The notes under the pieces are model-generated. The model was not told the DNA's origin, did not search any database, and saw only the letters and a list, made by a program, of their open reading frames with translations. From contig CAZFGR010000001.1 in the NCBI GenBank assembly GCA_964518475.1, positions 32,001 to 96,000 of the forward strand: a DNA stretch of 64,000 nt, written 5' to 3'. Shown here piece after piece: positions 28,758 through 38,669 of the stretch; the stretch's first letter is position 1; each line of letters starts with the position of its first letter. The position numbers and the translations under genes were made by a program. The DNA comes from an uncultured Nitrososphaerota archaeon (GTDB lineage Archaea; Asgardarchaeota; Njordarchaeia; Njordarchaeales; Njordarchaeaceae).

Positions 28758-29864
28758 TTATTTAAGCCACGGTATTATAAGTGTTGAGTGAAAATCAAAG
28801 TCGCCACCTACATATTTACCCAAGCCCCTAGGTATCATTGAAAAAAGAATATCAGTAAGTATTCCTAGGTTTGAAAAAGTAACCATAATTCGCTTCATAT
28901 GAAGCATTATCCTTAAATGATTACCAAGGATCCTTCTCCACACCCGTTCATAATTTTCGAGAGAAAATTCTCCCTCTGTAGATATGTAACGATCGATTAT
29001 TCCAGCCGCTATCTTAGCGCTTAAACCCCCCATAACTACTCCGCCCCCAGTAGTGGGCTTTGTTTGACCAGCGGCATCCCCTACCGCAATTATTTGCCCC
29101 CACACCATTCTTTTTAAAGGAGGCCCACTCACAACAATTCCTCCAAAAGTCTTTATTATTCGCATTTCTCCTAGTCTACGCTTAGCAAAACGTTTTATGA
29201 AATAGAGCATTCTATTTCCAAGAAAATTGCTGGCAACACCAACTCGATATGTTTGATTATCTAACGGAATTACCCATGAAAAGAAGTCTGGAACGTTAAA
29301 ATGAATTTCCACAAAATCGCTTTCTAGTTTTCTTCTACTTTTAACATCGATTTGTATTGCTGGTAATAGGCCCGCCAAGTAAACTCCAGGGAAATTTCTT
29401 ATAAGAGCTCTCCTCGCCCCTTCTGCATCCACCACTACTTGAGCCCTAAACTTTTCCAGTGACTTAGTAGCGACTAGTGTACCATCGGGATATATTTCGT
29501 TGATCCTGATACCAAGCCTACCAATTCCTCCCTCTGAGACAAACTCTGTATACAATAATTTATCGATGCCCTCTCTATCAATGACCCAAGCCACTGGTTT
29601 AGCATAGTGTATTTCAAAATATTTCCCTCTTTTCGAAAAAAACCTCGCTCCTCTAATCTCATTAATAACAAGTCCTTCTCTCAGTACCTTATTTCTAAGA
29701 CCTAATCGTTCTAGACCACTTATCCCCACTAATCCAGCACAATGCGGGGGAAAACCGATCTCTTTATGTTCCTCAAAAATCACTACCCTATATCCCTTCT
29801 TAGCTAGTTCAGATCCTACAAAATTTCCAACGAAACCAGCACCCACTATTGCCACATCAAACAT
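28758..29864 (-). CDS. Geranylgeranyl reductase family FAD oxidoreductase
   Basis: GAGFVG Rossmann motif, IGFPPHCAG, WVIP and GDAAGQTKPTTGGG. Confidence 0.88.
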   Translation of the reverse strand: MFDVAIVGAGFVGNFVGSELAKKGYRVVIFEEHKEIGFPPHCAGLVGISGLERLGLRNKVLREGLVINEIRGARFFSKRGKYFEIHYAKPVAWVIDREGIDKLLYTEFVSEGGIGRLGIRINEIYPDGTLVATKSLEKFRAQVVVDAEGARRALIRNFPGVYLAGLLPAIQIDVKSRRKLESDFVEIHFNVPDFFSWVIPLDNQTYRVGVASNFLGNRMLYFIKRFAKRRLGEMRIIKTFGGIVVSGPPLKRMVWGQIIAVGDAAGQTKPTTGGGVVMGGLSAKIAAGIIDRYISTEGEFSLENYERVWRRILGNHLRIMLHMKRIMVTFSNLGILTDILFSMIPRGLGKYVGGDFDFHSTLIIPWLK

Positions 29865-29954
29865 TCTCAGACTCCCAACTCACTTTAATCCATGTACCGT
29901 CCTCCAAACCAACAATCAGCAATAATTAATTAAAGTAAGTACCTCAACATCATA

Positions 29955-30001
29955 GAAAAGCTTTTATATGAGATTTCCTTGGTAAGCCTATGTAGGCTTA
30001 C
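29955..30001 (+). promoter_or_regulatory. BRE/TATA promoter followed by a palindromic operator
   Basis: GAAAAG-CTTTTATAT, then the perfect inverted repeat GTAAGCCTA-tg-TAGGCTTAC (29982-30001) just upstream of an HTH gene. Confidence 0.6.
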
Positions 30002-30018
30002 TCAATACCGGTGTTGGC

Positions 30019-30483
30019 ATGTCCTTCATGCACGGCTACTTGACTCCTAGGCAAAGAGAACTATGGTCCTTGCTCATAAAGAAAATCAAGCAAAAAGATA
30101 TAGCTAGGATTCTTAACATTACGAAACAAACTGTCAGCAAAAGTGTTTTTATTATTGAGAAGAAAATAGCTAGGGCCCTATACGAAGCCGCTAAACTCAA
30201 TAGAATTATTATAAAAAGAATGGAACCTTTGAAAGGCATACTCCTAGGGTATAGTCCCGAATTCAAGACAGAAGTGATCATCTTTCTATCACCTAAATAT
30301 GGTTTACAGATTTGGTACAGAATCGAGCACTCCTGCAAAGATTGCTATTTCTACAACGAATGCAAAAAGATGCTCTTAGATGAAATCCAGCTACGGGGAA
30401 TAAAGCTTCGTGAAGAAGAAAAGTCACTGGAACCAAGCAAGCTAGCAGAGCTCTTATTTAACCATTTACTAGGAGAAGATTGA
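30019..30483 (+). CDS. HTH transcriptional regulator
   Basis: LTPRQRELW...QKDIARILNITKQTVSK HTH; C-terminal H.CxxC....C metal site. Confidence 0.8.
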   Translation: MSFMHGYLTPRQRELWSLLIKKIKQKDIARILNITKQTVSKSVFIIEKKIARALYEAAKLNRIIIKRMEPLKGILLGYSPEFKTEVIIFLSPKYGLQIWYRIEHSCKDCYFYNECKKMLLDEIQLRGIKLREEEKSLEPSKLAELLFNHLLGED

Positions 30484-30484
30484 G

Positions 30485-32398
30485 ATGTTTAGTAGTGTAT
30501 TATTAAGGAAAAATTACTGCAGATTATTCTATGTATTGAAAAGGATCAGTTATTTCCATAACATGTCTAAGCTAAAAAAGTTAATAACACTCTCACTCGT
30601 GTTGCTTATTTTCACCTTCTCCATATGCAGTGGGGCTAGGGGAGCAGCCCCAGATGTAAAAAGAATTGTAATAACTTACAAAGATATGACTGGAAATGGG
30701 TACTTAGTATATAAGGAGAATGGAAATCTCACACAAGAAATATGTTTATTTGATTCAAGAGACCCTTATTATGCAAATAGACTAGAAGGGCCAAAAGGAA
30801 CAGGATTATTACAATTCTTTAAGAATAGCAGTGGATTTTTCGTTGAGTTTAATGATCTAATCGAATTTGCGGGGTATACTGATCCCTTCCCTATAAATTC
30901 CACAGTATCTTTCAGTCTTAAGATAAAAATTCTGCAAGGTACTTCCGTTCTCTCCGTTACCATTGGTGAACATAAGCTAAATGTTTCTCTATCAGCCCAA
31001 GATAAACCAGATGAAAAAGTCATCAACCTAACTTTTTTCGAACCTAAAAGCGCCAGTGAGTACTTCTTTGAATTAAAACGATTTATTATTGTTTTAAAAA
31101 GCATAAGTGAGAAAACCAGAATATTTCTAGAGCAGGCAAGAGTATTTGCACATACATATACACCGTTGGTACCTATAAGATTCTCGTATTATGATGTATC
31201 GGGTATCCGGATTGTCGCTAACACAAGTACTGTGAGAAATAATACTCTATACCTGTTAGGAACTTTTGGTCTCTATCTACACCTAGATTATCGTTTAGAT
31301 AAACGTAAATCTTCTATTTACGTCATATATCCAGCAGACATTATTTACGTAGACCCTAACGGAATAATCAACAATATTTCTATCGGTATTGATGCATGGG
31401 CCTATCCCCCCGTATTAGCAATATCACAGCAAATAACTGTGCCTAGTGAGAGAGGGCTAATCATTGATGCGTATATTCCATTCTCAAAAATAGACCTATC
31501 TGTAGTTTATCTCAACCATTATCCAGCAGAAATAGAATGGCTCGATGCCGAGTATTATGATGAAATAAGCGTTCTAGGTTACGTAGCTAGGGAGATAATG
31601 ACTAGATATGATGAAAAAATCCTCCTATTATTGCCAGGGAAATACCGCATATATCTCCACACACCAACGAGTTTAGGAGGATCTCTTTCATGCACCTTTA
31701 CGGTAAACGTCGGGAATAAAAACATGGCGATCAGTATCGTGTTTAATGCGTTCTATATTAACGGTCTAGTTTTGCGTATAGAGGAATTCCTACCAATATT
31801 AGTTAGTATCCTATTGGGATGCTTTTTATTAGTAGCTCCTCTCGCATTTTCGGACACTAGAGAAATGTACTTACAAGTACTAAGAAGACCACTTTTTTAT
31901 GCCATAATATTCCTACTCGTGTCAAGTTTTCTACCCTCCATAGGCGCTACTTATTTTAATAAGTATATCTCGCAAACAGAAGAAATAATGATAGTCGATC
32001 TATTCACCATTATATTATCTAAGAAAACAGGCAGTATCGTATACAAAATCGAATTCTACTATGTAACCTCCCTCTATGGTATTTTTCTCGCGATTTTTTG
32101 GCTTTTTTATCCTCTAGTAGTCATGTTTCGTGAAATTCTAAAACCTACTCTAGAGCTAAATGTTGCTCGCCTAAAGAGAACCCTAACATTATCGCTCGTC
32201 GCAAAGATTATCTTCCTATCCACATTAGTAACTCTCCTTTACACTAATCCATATGGCAAGATCTTAGCTAGTTACCCCGGACTAGGTATTTTCCTATACG
32301 GATTATCAATCATACCGGTGCTTCTAGAACTTAGAAGAAGCCAAAAAATCAGGAAGATAACTTCATACTTAAAGAGAAATAAATCGTCTATTATGTAA
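30485..32398 (+). CDS. Hypothetical surface/membrane protein (signal peptide, beta-rich ectodomain, C-terminal TM bundle)
   Basis: Signal-like MSKLKKLITLSLVLLIF (likely start about 30563), several N-x-S/T sequons, about 5 C-terminal TM helices. Confidence 0.7.
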   Translation: MFSSVLLRKNYCRLFYVLKRISYFHNMSKLKKLITLSLVLLIFTFSICSGARGAAPDVKRIVITYKDMTGNGYLVYKENGNLTQEICLFDSRDPYYANRLEGPKGTGLLQFFKNSSGFFVEFNDLIEFAGYTDPFPINSTVSFSLKIKILQGTSVLSVTIGEHKLNVSLSAQDKPDEKVINLTFFEPKSASEYFFELKRFIIVLKSISEKTRIFLEQARVFAHTYTPLVPIRFSYYDVSGIRIVANTSTVRNNTLYLLGTFGLYLHLDYRLDKRKSSIYVIYPADIIYVDPNGIINNISIGIDAWAYPPVLAISQQITVPSERGLIIDAYIPFSKIDLSVVYLNHYPAEIEWLDAEYYDEISVLGYVAREIMTRYDEKILLLLPGKYRIYLHTPTSLGGSLSCTFTVNVGNKNMAISIVFNAFYINGLVLRIEEFLPILVSILLGCFLLVAPLAFSDTREMYLQVLRRPLFYAIIFLLVSSFLPSIGATYFNKYISQTEEIMIVDLFTIILSKKTGSIVYKIEFYYVTSLYGIFLAIFWLFYPLVVMFREILKPTLELNVARLKRTLTLSLVAKIIFLSTLVTLLYTNPYGKILASYPGLGIFLYGLSIIPVLLELRRSQKIRKITSYLKRNKSSIM

Positions 32399-32401
32399 TT
32401 A

Positions 32402-33112
32402 GTGATAACCCACCCATCCCCATTATTCATGTTTTTAAAAAATCAGCGGATGGGGGATTTGGTGCAGAAGAATGTGGATCCTACTATGAATAGACTATAC
32501 TTAAAAGTTGACGAAAGGGGACAGGTAAAATTACGTGTCGAGTCAATAATTGAGAATCTCAAAAAACTGAAACATGAAAAGTTACGGGAAAACGTCAATA
32601 TTGTTATTCATTATGATCTCGATAAAGATAAGTGCTTACAAATATCCGTAATCGATGAGAAAATTCCTATACAATTAGCTTATGCACTCTTGGTTCTTAA
32701 TCAATCCTTTTCAAAACAGCCCTCTATTCCTGAAATTCTTAACACCCTTAAAGGTGAGATTGAGAAACTAACGAGAGATCTATCTGAGACAGAGAAAACT
32801 ATAGCTCAACTTGAAAATCGCCTTCTTGATGATTTTGAAAACATACCGTTCCTCCAAGCAATGTTGGATGAGCTTTTAGATATGTCTTATGAAATCGAAG
32901 AAAGAAAGCGTGCTATAGAGATCGCATACAAGCTCTTAACTTTTCCAGAAACAGCTTATGATCATATACCAGCTAGAATTTTGAGAAGCGGCAAGAATGA
33001 AGAAGCGTTAATTATCCAAGAAAGAGAGATTATTTGGTTGCTTCCTTTTTCTGAATTAAGAAAAAAGTTGCATCTATTGAGTAAATCAGAGAATGAGGAA
33101 AAACCTTCTTAA
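32402..33112 (+). CDS. Hypothetical coiled-coil protein
   Basis: Long ORF with a central heptad region; no recognised motif. Confidence 0.6.
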   Translation: MITHPSPLFMFLKNQRMGDLVQKNVDPTMNRLYLKVDERGQVKLRVESIIENLKKLKHEKLRENVNIVIHYDLDKDKCLQISVIDEKIPIQLAYALLVLNQSFSKQPSIPEILNTLKGEIEKLTRDLSETEKTIAQLENRLLDDFENIPFLQAMLDELLDMSYEIEERKRAIEIAYKLLTFPETAYDHIPARILRSGKNEEALIIQEREIIWLLPFSELRKKLHLLSKSENEEKPS

Positions 33113-33530
33113 ACTCGCTAGTAATCTTACTTAGAATCCCCTCGTTAATTTCTATAAAGTGCGATGGGCAATTACAATCTGTTGCTCCAAACTTTGGAAT
33201 AGAGACCTTACCTCCGAGACTTATTAAAAATTCTGCGAGTTCACATTCTAGTTTTCTATCGCTTATAACCAAGAAAATTTTCTGAATAGTCACATTTCTA
33301 TTCGTTGTTAAATAATCGATGTGCCATTTCACTGGTTTATTTCTCTTTATATGCCTAAGGATTCTGGCTCTAAGCCCTCCAGGGCCAAGAGCCGATCCCA
33401 CATATGCGTAGAGTCCTGGATTTATAGAAAAATCTCCAAGCTTACCTATCTTTACTCTCATACGTACTGGGATACTTAGTACTAATATGTAAGCACCCTT
33501 AAGGTCTGGTATACCCAAAAATTTATCCAT
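33030..33530 (-). CDS. GIY-YIG (DUF123/Uri family) nuclease
   Basis: KGAYIL, G.YAYVGSA, WHIDYL and FGATDCNCPSH motifs. Confidence 0.9.
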   Translation of the reverse strand: MDKFLGIPDLKGAYILVLSIPVRMRVKIGKLGDFSINPGLYAYVGSALGPGGLRARILRHIKRNKPVKWHIDYLTTNRNVTIQKIFLVISDRKLECELAEFLISLGGKVSIPKFGATDCNCPSHFIEINEGILSKITSEFKKVFPHSLIYSIDATFFLIQKKEATK

Positions 33531-33600
33531 AGTTAATCACTTGCAATATTTTCAGGTTTACATGAAAAATCTGGAGTCCTTGTAAAAAATGTGAGAACTG

Positions 33601-34482
33601 ATGGAAATAAGAATATTGGGCGCGGATTCCCTTGGAGTACGAAGCATGGCTACTTATATCAAGACAATAGATGCTAAAATACTAATAGATCCTGGAGCTA
33701 ATTTAGCTCCAAAGAGGTTTGGCCTTCCTCCCCACCCAGTTGAAATCGAGAAGTTAAAGGAGGTTTGGAAAGAAATAACGAGATATGCCGAGAAAGCCGA
33801 TATTCTCATAATTACTCATTATCATTTTGATCATTATAATCCAGAACACAATATAGAGATCTATGAGAGCAAAATCGTCTTTCTGAAACATCCCACAATG
33901 AAGATAAATGAGAGTCAAATGAGGAGAGCGAGTGCATTTATAAATAAGATCAAAGATCTTGCAGAGATCATAGAATTCGCTGATAATAGGGAATTTTTCT
34001 TCAATGAAACACGTATATTATTCTCAGCGCCAGTTCCCCATGGTATCGATACTAAACTCGGTTATGTGTTAGAAATAGTTATCGAAGATGAAAGAGGCGA
34101 AAAGTTCCTTTTTACAAGCGATACTCAAGGGTTCCCCACAGATAAGCACAGAGAATTTGTTCTGAAAACGAGACCTCACATCATATTCGCTGATGGCCCA
34201 CCTACCTATCTTTTAGGCTCCAGATACGAGAAGACACAACTAAAACAAGCACTGGAGGGATTCCTAGAAATACTCACTAGATATCCTGTGAAAAAATTGA
34301 TAATAGATCATCATTTTCTACGCGACCTCAACTGGTACGAGTATCTGGTAAGAGAAGAAGGCTTTCAAAAATATTTTGCAGAAAAAGTAATAACTACAGC
34401 GGCAGAGTTCTCTAAACAAAAACCTAACCTATTAGAAGCTCGCAGAAAAATCCTCTGGCAAGAAAAATCAGCTCAAAAATAA
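33601..34482 (+). CDS. MBL-fold metallo-hydrolase (UPF0282)
   Basis: DSLGVRSMAT, LAPKRFGLPPHP, THYHFDH, SDTQG, DGPPTY and DHHFLRD motifs. Confidence 0.9.
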   Translation: MEIRILGADSLGVRSMATYIKTIDAKILIDPGANLAPKRFGLPPHPVEIEKLKEVWKEITRYAEKADILIITHYHFDHYNPEHNIEIYESKIVFLKHPTMKINESQMRRASAFINKIKDLAEIIEFADNREFFFNETRILFSAPVPHGIDTKLGYVLEIVIEDERGEKFLFTSDTQGFPTDKHREFVLKTRPHIIFADGPPTYLLGSRYEKTQLKQALEGFLEILTRYPVKKLIIDHHFLRDLNWYEYLVREEGFQKYFAEKVITTAAEFSKQKPNLLEARRKILWQEKSAQK

Positions 34483-34557
34483 CTAAAAAATTAATATTCG
34501 TTTTTTCATTTATGTTATGAGTCACCCTTCTCAAGAATTTTTATTCAGGGATAAATA

Positions 34558-34974
34558 ATGGCAAAGCACATTTTTGTGGATTCTGTACGGTGCTCTGGTT
34601 GCAAAATCTGCGAACAGGTATGTGCTAAGACTCATTTTAATGTATTGAATGTATCAAAATCTGCAATAAGAATACACACAGAGTTTACCCAAGACAAAAT
34701 GAGGCATACGCATAACGTCTGCCAACAATGTGGTCCTTCAGCACCCTGTATCCGTGCATGTCCGGAAAATGCCTTATTCTGGGATGAAGAAAAGAATCGC
34801 TTGGCTATAGATCTTAACAAATGCGTTGGTCATTTCAATTGTGTAGCCGCTTGTCCTTACAATGCAATATACAGGCACCCAGCTCTTAAGCATCCGATAT
34901 TCTGCGATTTGTGCGATGGTGATCCTCAATGCGTAAAGTGGTGTCCGATGGGGGCTATTAGGCTTGTTGGTTGA
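34558..34974 (+). CDS. 4Fe-4S multicluster electron-transfer subunit of AOR
   Basis: Multiple CxxCxxCxxxC(P) motifs; directly upstream of the AOR gene. Confidence 0.9.
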   Translation: MAKHIFVDSVRCSGCKICEQVCAKTHFNVLNVSKSAIRIHTEFTQDKMRHTHNVCQQCGPSAPCIRACPENALFWDEEKNRLAIDLNKCVGHFNCVAACPYNAIYRHPALKHPIFCDLCDGDPQCVKWCPMGAIRLVG

Positions 34975-34977
34975 GAG

Positions 34978-36861
34978 GTGATGATTATGGAGTTTAAGGG
35001 TGGGTGGATAGGTAAAATCTTGAGAGTCGACCTTTCTAAGGAAAGCGTGAAAGAAGAGGATCTTTCTAAGGAACTAGCTCTTGAGTGGATAGGTGGTCGT
35101 GGATTCGCTATAAAAATATTATGGGACGAATTAGAGCCGGGGATAGATCCATTATCTCCAGAGAATAAAGTTGTAATAGCTACTGGACCATTGACGGGTA
35201 CTATAACACCTAGTAGCGGAAAACTGGTTGTAGCTACAAAATCCCCCCTCACGGGCGGTTATGGAGATGGGAACATCGGGACTCATTTTGCACATATGTT
35301 AAAGATGTCTGGATATGATGCTTTGGTACTCGAAGGAAGAGCGAAGAAACCCGTATATGTCTACATAACTCCTAATGGCGTCGAGATTAAAGACGCGTCT
35401 CATCTCTGGGGTAAAAGCGCTATTGAAACAGAAATTACTCTACGAAAAGATCATGGAAAAGACGTGGGCGTTATCAGCATCGGCCCAGCAGCCGAAAATT
35501 TGGTAAAGTTTTCAGTTGTTATCTCCGAGTACGGCCGTGCAGGTGGAAGACCTGGAATCGGTACTGTCCTAGGATCTAAGAAAGTAAAGGCTCTTGTAGC
35601 CGAGGGATGGAACGATATCCCAGTAGCAGATATAGAAAAAGCCTTTAATCTAGCCTGGGAAGCTCGTATGAAACTACTAACTCATCCAGGGTATAGGAAA
35701 TGGATTAATCAGGGAACCATGATGACAATAGAGTGGTCTCAAGAAGCTAGTGTATTACCAACATACAACTTCAGCGAGGGAGTCTTTGACGATTACGCAA
35801 ATATTGGCGGAGAAATAATGGAGAAAGAATATAAGTTATTAAGAAAGGGCTGTTTCTCATGTCCAATGCCCTGTGGTAACTTATCAATAGCTAAACTCGG
35901 TAAGTTCATGAAGACATGGGCCGAGCTAGATTATGAAAACGTAGCAATGCTAGGTTCTAACATCGGTATTGACGACATGAATATTGTTATTAAGCTCAAT
36001 AGACTAGCTGATGAGTGGGGCGTAGACACGATATCTCTTGGGAACGCTATTGGATTCGCCATAGAGTTATATCAAAAAGGCATTATTTCCCAGAAGCAGA
36101 CTGGTGGATTAGAACTTAAATGGGGCGACGAAGAAGTTATCATTAGCCTTGCTGAGAAGATCGTGAAAAAGGAAGACATCGGAAAAATACTCGCTGAAGG
36201 AGTAAAAGCCGCCGCTGAAAAAATAGGTAAAGAAGCTCCTAAGTACGCTATTCATGTAAAGGGCTTAGAAGTTTCTGCTTATGATTGCCACGCAGCACCT
36301 GGAATGGCACTATCCTATGGGACTTCTCCAATAGGCGCGCATCACAAGGATGCTTGGGTTATTTCTTGGGAGGTCAAAATCGGTAGAGATAAGATAGATA
36401 AGAGCAAAGTCGATAAGGTTATAGAGTTCCAGCGTATTAGAGGCGGTCTATTTGAGATCTTGACGGTTTGTAGATTACCTTGGATCGAATTAGCATTAGA
36501 TCTAGATTACTATCCAAAGCTATTTAACGCAATAACCGGCCTAGATTATACCCTAGAAAACTTCTTCTTCATAGCAGATAAGATATATAACTTGATACGA
36601 GCATTCTGGATACGCGAATACGGAGAGTGGAAACGCGAATACGACTATCCACCGAGGAAATGGTTTGAGATACCTCTTTCAAAAGGTCCTCTCGCTGGTT
36701 CAAAGCTAAAGAAGGAAGCCTATGACAAGTTACTTGACTGGTACTATGAAGAAAGAGGGTGGGACAAAAACGGAATACCAAGAAAAAGCACGCTAGAGAA
36801 ATTCGGTCTATCATATGTGATATCTACTCTGGAGGAAAGAGGCGTTACACTTTCTGAATAA
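34978..36861 (+). CDS. Tungsten aldehyde:ferredoxin oxidoreductase family protein
   Basis: KILRVDLS, KSPLTGG, GRAGGRPG.G, CFSCPMPC, EYE-like DYE, DTIS and ERGWD..GIP motifs. Confidence 0.95.
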   Translation: MMIMEFKGGWIGKILRVDLSKESVKEEDLSKELALEWIGGRGFAIKILWDELEPGIDPLSPENKVVIATGPLTGTITPSSGKLVVATKSPLTGGYGDGNIGTHFAHMLKMSGYDALVLEGRAKKPVYVYITPNGVEIKDASHLWGKSAIETEITLRKDHGKDVGVISIGPAAENLVKFSVVISEYGRAGGRPGIGTVLGSKKVKALVAEGWNDIPVADIEKAFNLAWEARMKLLTHPGYRKWINQGTMMTIEWSQEASVLPTYNFSEGVFDDYANIGGEIMEKEYKLLRKGCFSCPMPCGNLSIAKLGKFMKTWAELDYENVAMLGSNIGIDDMNIVIKLNRLADEWGVDTISLGNAIGFAIELYQKGIISQKQTGGLELKWGDEEVIISLAEKIVKKEDIGKILAEGVKAAAEKIGKEAPKYAIHVKGLEVSAYDCHAAPGMALSYGTSPIGAHHKDAWVISWEVKIGRDKIDKSKVDKVIEFQRIRGGLFEILTVCRLPWIELALDLDYYPKLFNAITGLDYTLENFFFIADKIYNLIRAFWIREYGEWKREYDYPPRKWFEIPLSKGPLAGSKLKKEAYDKLLDWYYEERGWDKNGIPRKSTLEKFGLSYVISTLEERGVTLSE

Positions 36862-36939
36862 ATGATAAAAAGAGAAAGCCTCCTCTTGCCTCCTTTTTAA
36901 AAACTTTTTCTTTCAGAGAGAACCTCCCCGTACGCTTAC

Positions 36940-37224
36940 TTAGCCGCCGCTTAGGAACGGCATTATTGAAACAATATCACCATTCTTTAACTTAGTCCCA
37001 AGATCGTTAACTGATTGACCATTAATAAGAACTATTATGTTTTCGCTAAGGGTTTTTCTCTGACTTGATTCGAAAAGTACTTTCTCTAGTTTTTCACCAT
37101 ATTTCTCCACTAACACATTTAATAGGTCTCTAATCGTTGCATCGTCTGGTAATGATATCTCCTCTTCTTTTACTTCATTAGTTAACTGTCTAAGATACGC
37201 GAAATACCTAACCTTTACCTGCAA
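36940..37224 (-). CDS. MoaD/SAMP-family ubiquitin-like sulfur carrier
   Basis: VKVRYFA.LR, VLING, L..GD.V.I.P and C-terminal SGG; next to AOR. Confidence 0.92.
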   Translation of the reverse strand: MQVKVRYFAYLRQLTNEVKEEEISLPDDATIRDLLNVLVEKYGEKLEKVLFESSQRKTLSENIIVLINGQSVNDLGTKLKNGDIVSIMPFLSGG

Positions 37225-37269
37225 GCTTTCTCCCTCTCATTAAATTAGTCGTTTATCCTCATGTATTCG

Positions 37270-37872
37270 TTATGTACTTTTGGTCTTGTTGATATACTCT
37301 ATTATTTCCTCGTACTTATTACGGGATATTATTCCCTTCTGCATCAAGATTTCAAATAACTCCTTAGCTGTTAATAAAGAAAACAAATTCACCCCTATTC
37401 TTCTCAGTCTTTCTTTTGCTCCCTGTTCCCTATCGATTACCACAATAGCGTTTTCTATGGTTCCCCCATTGTCTCTTACGACATTCACAGCCCTCTCTAA
37501 GGACTGGCCAGTTGTAGCTACATCATCAACCAACAGGACTTTCCTATCAACGACGAACCCCTCCAACAGTTTTCCTGTACCATGTTTTTTCTCTTCCTTC
37601 CGTACATATGCCATCGGAATATTCGCTATACATGAAATATAGGAAGCTAATGGTATACCGCCAGTAGCAATACCCACCACTACCTCAAAGACGGTTCTCT
37701 TCTTTGCTTCCGTCAGAATCAATCCTGCAATGTCTTTTAATATTTTAGGATACCCTATCAGCTCGCGCAAATCGATATAAAAAGGGCTTCTAATTCCAGA
37801 CGATAATATAAAGTCTCCGATCTTAACCATGCCGAGGTTATATAGCTTTACTGCTAAATCTTCTAGATTCAA
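37270..37872 (-). CDS. pyrE: Orotate phosphoribosyltransferase
   Basis: F.LSSG..SPFYIDLR, RKEEKKHG and VDDVATTGQS motifs. Confidence 0.96.
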   Translation of the reverse strand: MNLEDLAVKLYNLGMVKIGDFILSSGIRSPFYIDLRELIGYPKILKDIAGLILTEAKKRTVFEVVVGIATGGIPLASYISCIANIPMAYVRKEEKKHGTGKLLEGFVVDRKVLLVDDVATTGQSLERAVNVVRDNGGTIENAIVVIDREQGAKERLRRIGVNLFSLLTAKELFEILMQKGIISRNKYEEIIEYINKTKST

Positions 37873-38576
37873 TACTGATCCCTCATGCGTTCATTAATTA
37901 TTTCACTATGAACCTCGTTAATATGAGAGACGACCTTGAGGGGATCTTGAGCATTAACAATTAATCTCCCTATAATCTCAAAATCAGCTCCAGCTTTTAA
38001 AGCATCTCCTGGATTAGCTCCTTGAGCACCTACCCCCGGAGAGATTATTACCATCTCTTTATTCCCGAGAATTTTTCTCGCATCTCTTATGTATTGCGGC
38101 ATCGTAGCTGGGAGCACAATACCATAGAAATCAAGATCCTTAGCGATATCTAAAAGTTTCTTAAATGATTTATTAAGCATTTCTTCTGCTCCTGGATGAG
38201 ACATAGCGGCTACCATAAATAATTTCATATCAAGCTCCTTAGAGCTTTCTACAAGAACATCCAGCGCGTTTTTTACTCCAACAAACCCATGAACTATCGC
38301 AGCATCAAAATTCATTTCATTGAGTTTTTCTAAAGTCATAACCATTACGTGCCCAACATCCGCCATTTTAGTGTCGGCTATAAAAAAGAAATCTTCAGCA
38401 AAATTCTTCAAGAAATCTCTAGTCTGTGCTGATCCTTTCGTTAAAATATAGGGAAGCCCTATCTTTATCCCAGCTATTCTTCCCCGCAACTTGTCCGCTA
38501 ATGCGACGCAGTCAATTAGCGGATTATCTAGGGCAAGTATTATTCTACTACCGCCCATATCTAGAGATTTTCCCAT
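37869..38576 (-). CDS. pyrF: Orotidine 5'-phosphate decarboxylase
   Basis: ILALD, DTKMADV, MSHPGA, SPGVGAQG and IIGR motifs. Confidence 0.95.
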   Translation of the reverse strand: MGKSLDMGGSRIILALDNPLIDCVALADKLRGRIAGIKIGLPYILTKGSAQTRDFLKNFAEDFFFIADTKMADVGHVMVMTLEKLNEMNFDAAIVHGFVGVKNALDVLVESSKELDMKLFMVAAMSHPGAEEMLNKSFKKLLDIAKDLDFYGIVLPATMPQYIRDARKILGNKEMVIISPGVGAQGANPGDALKAGADFEIIGRLIVNAQDPLKVVSHINEVHSEIINERMRDQY

Positions 38577-38669
38577 AAAAACCTCCTCAAAAGCAGTAAT
38601 GTCTCATTACAAACCGAGATCCCAGGAATTATTAATTTATTTCTCTACTTAGACTATTTTAACAACAAG

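Noticed and set aside
33030-33530. GIY-YIG protein as a homing endonuclease or mobile element
   Set aside because: It matches the stand-alone archaeal DUF123 family; no flanking intron, intein or terminal repeats
36940-37224. MoaD/SAMP protein as the partner of the UBA5-like E1
   Set aside because: It has a GG terminus and MoaD motifs and sits beside tungsten AOR, so a pterin-cofactor sulfur-carrier role is simpler; cross-activation is not excluded
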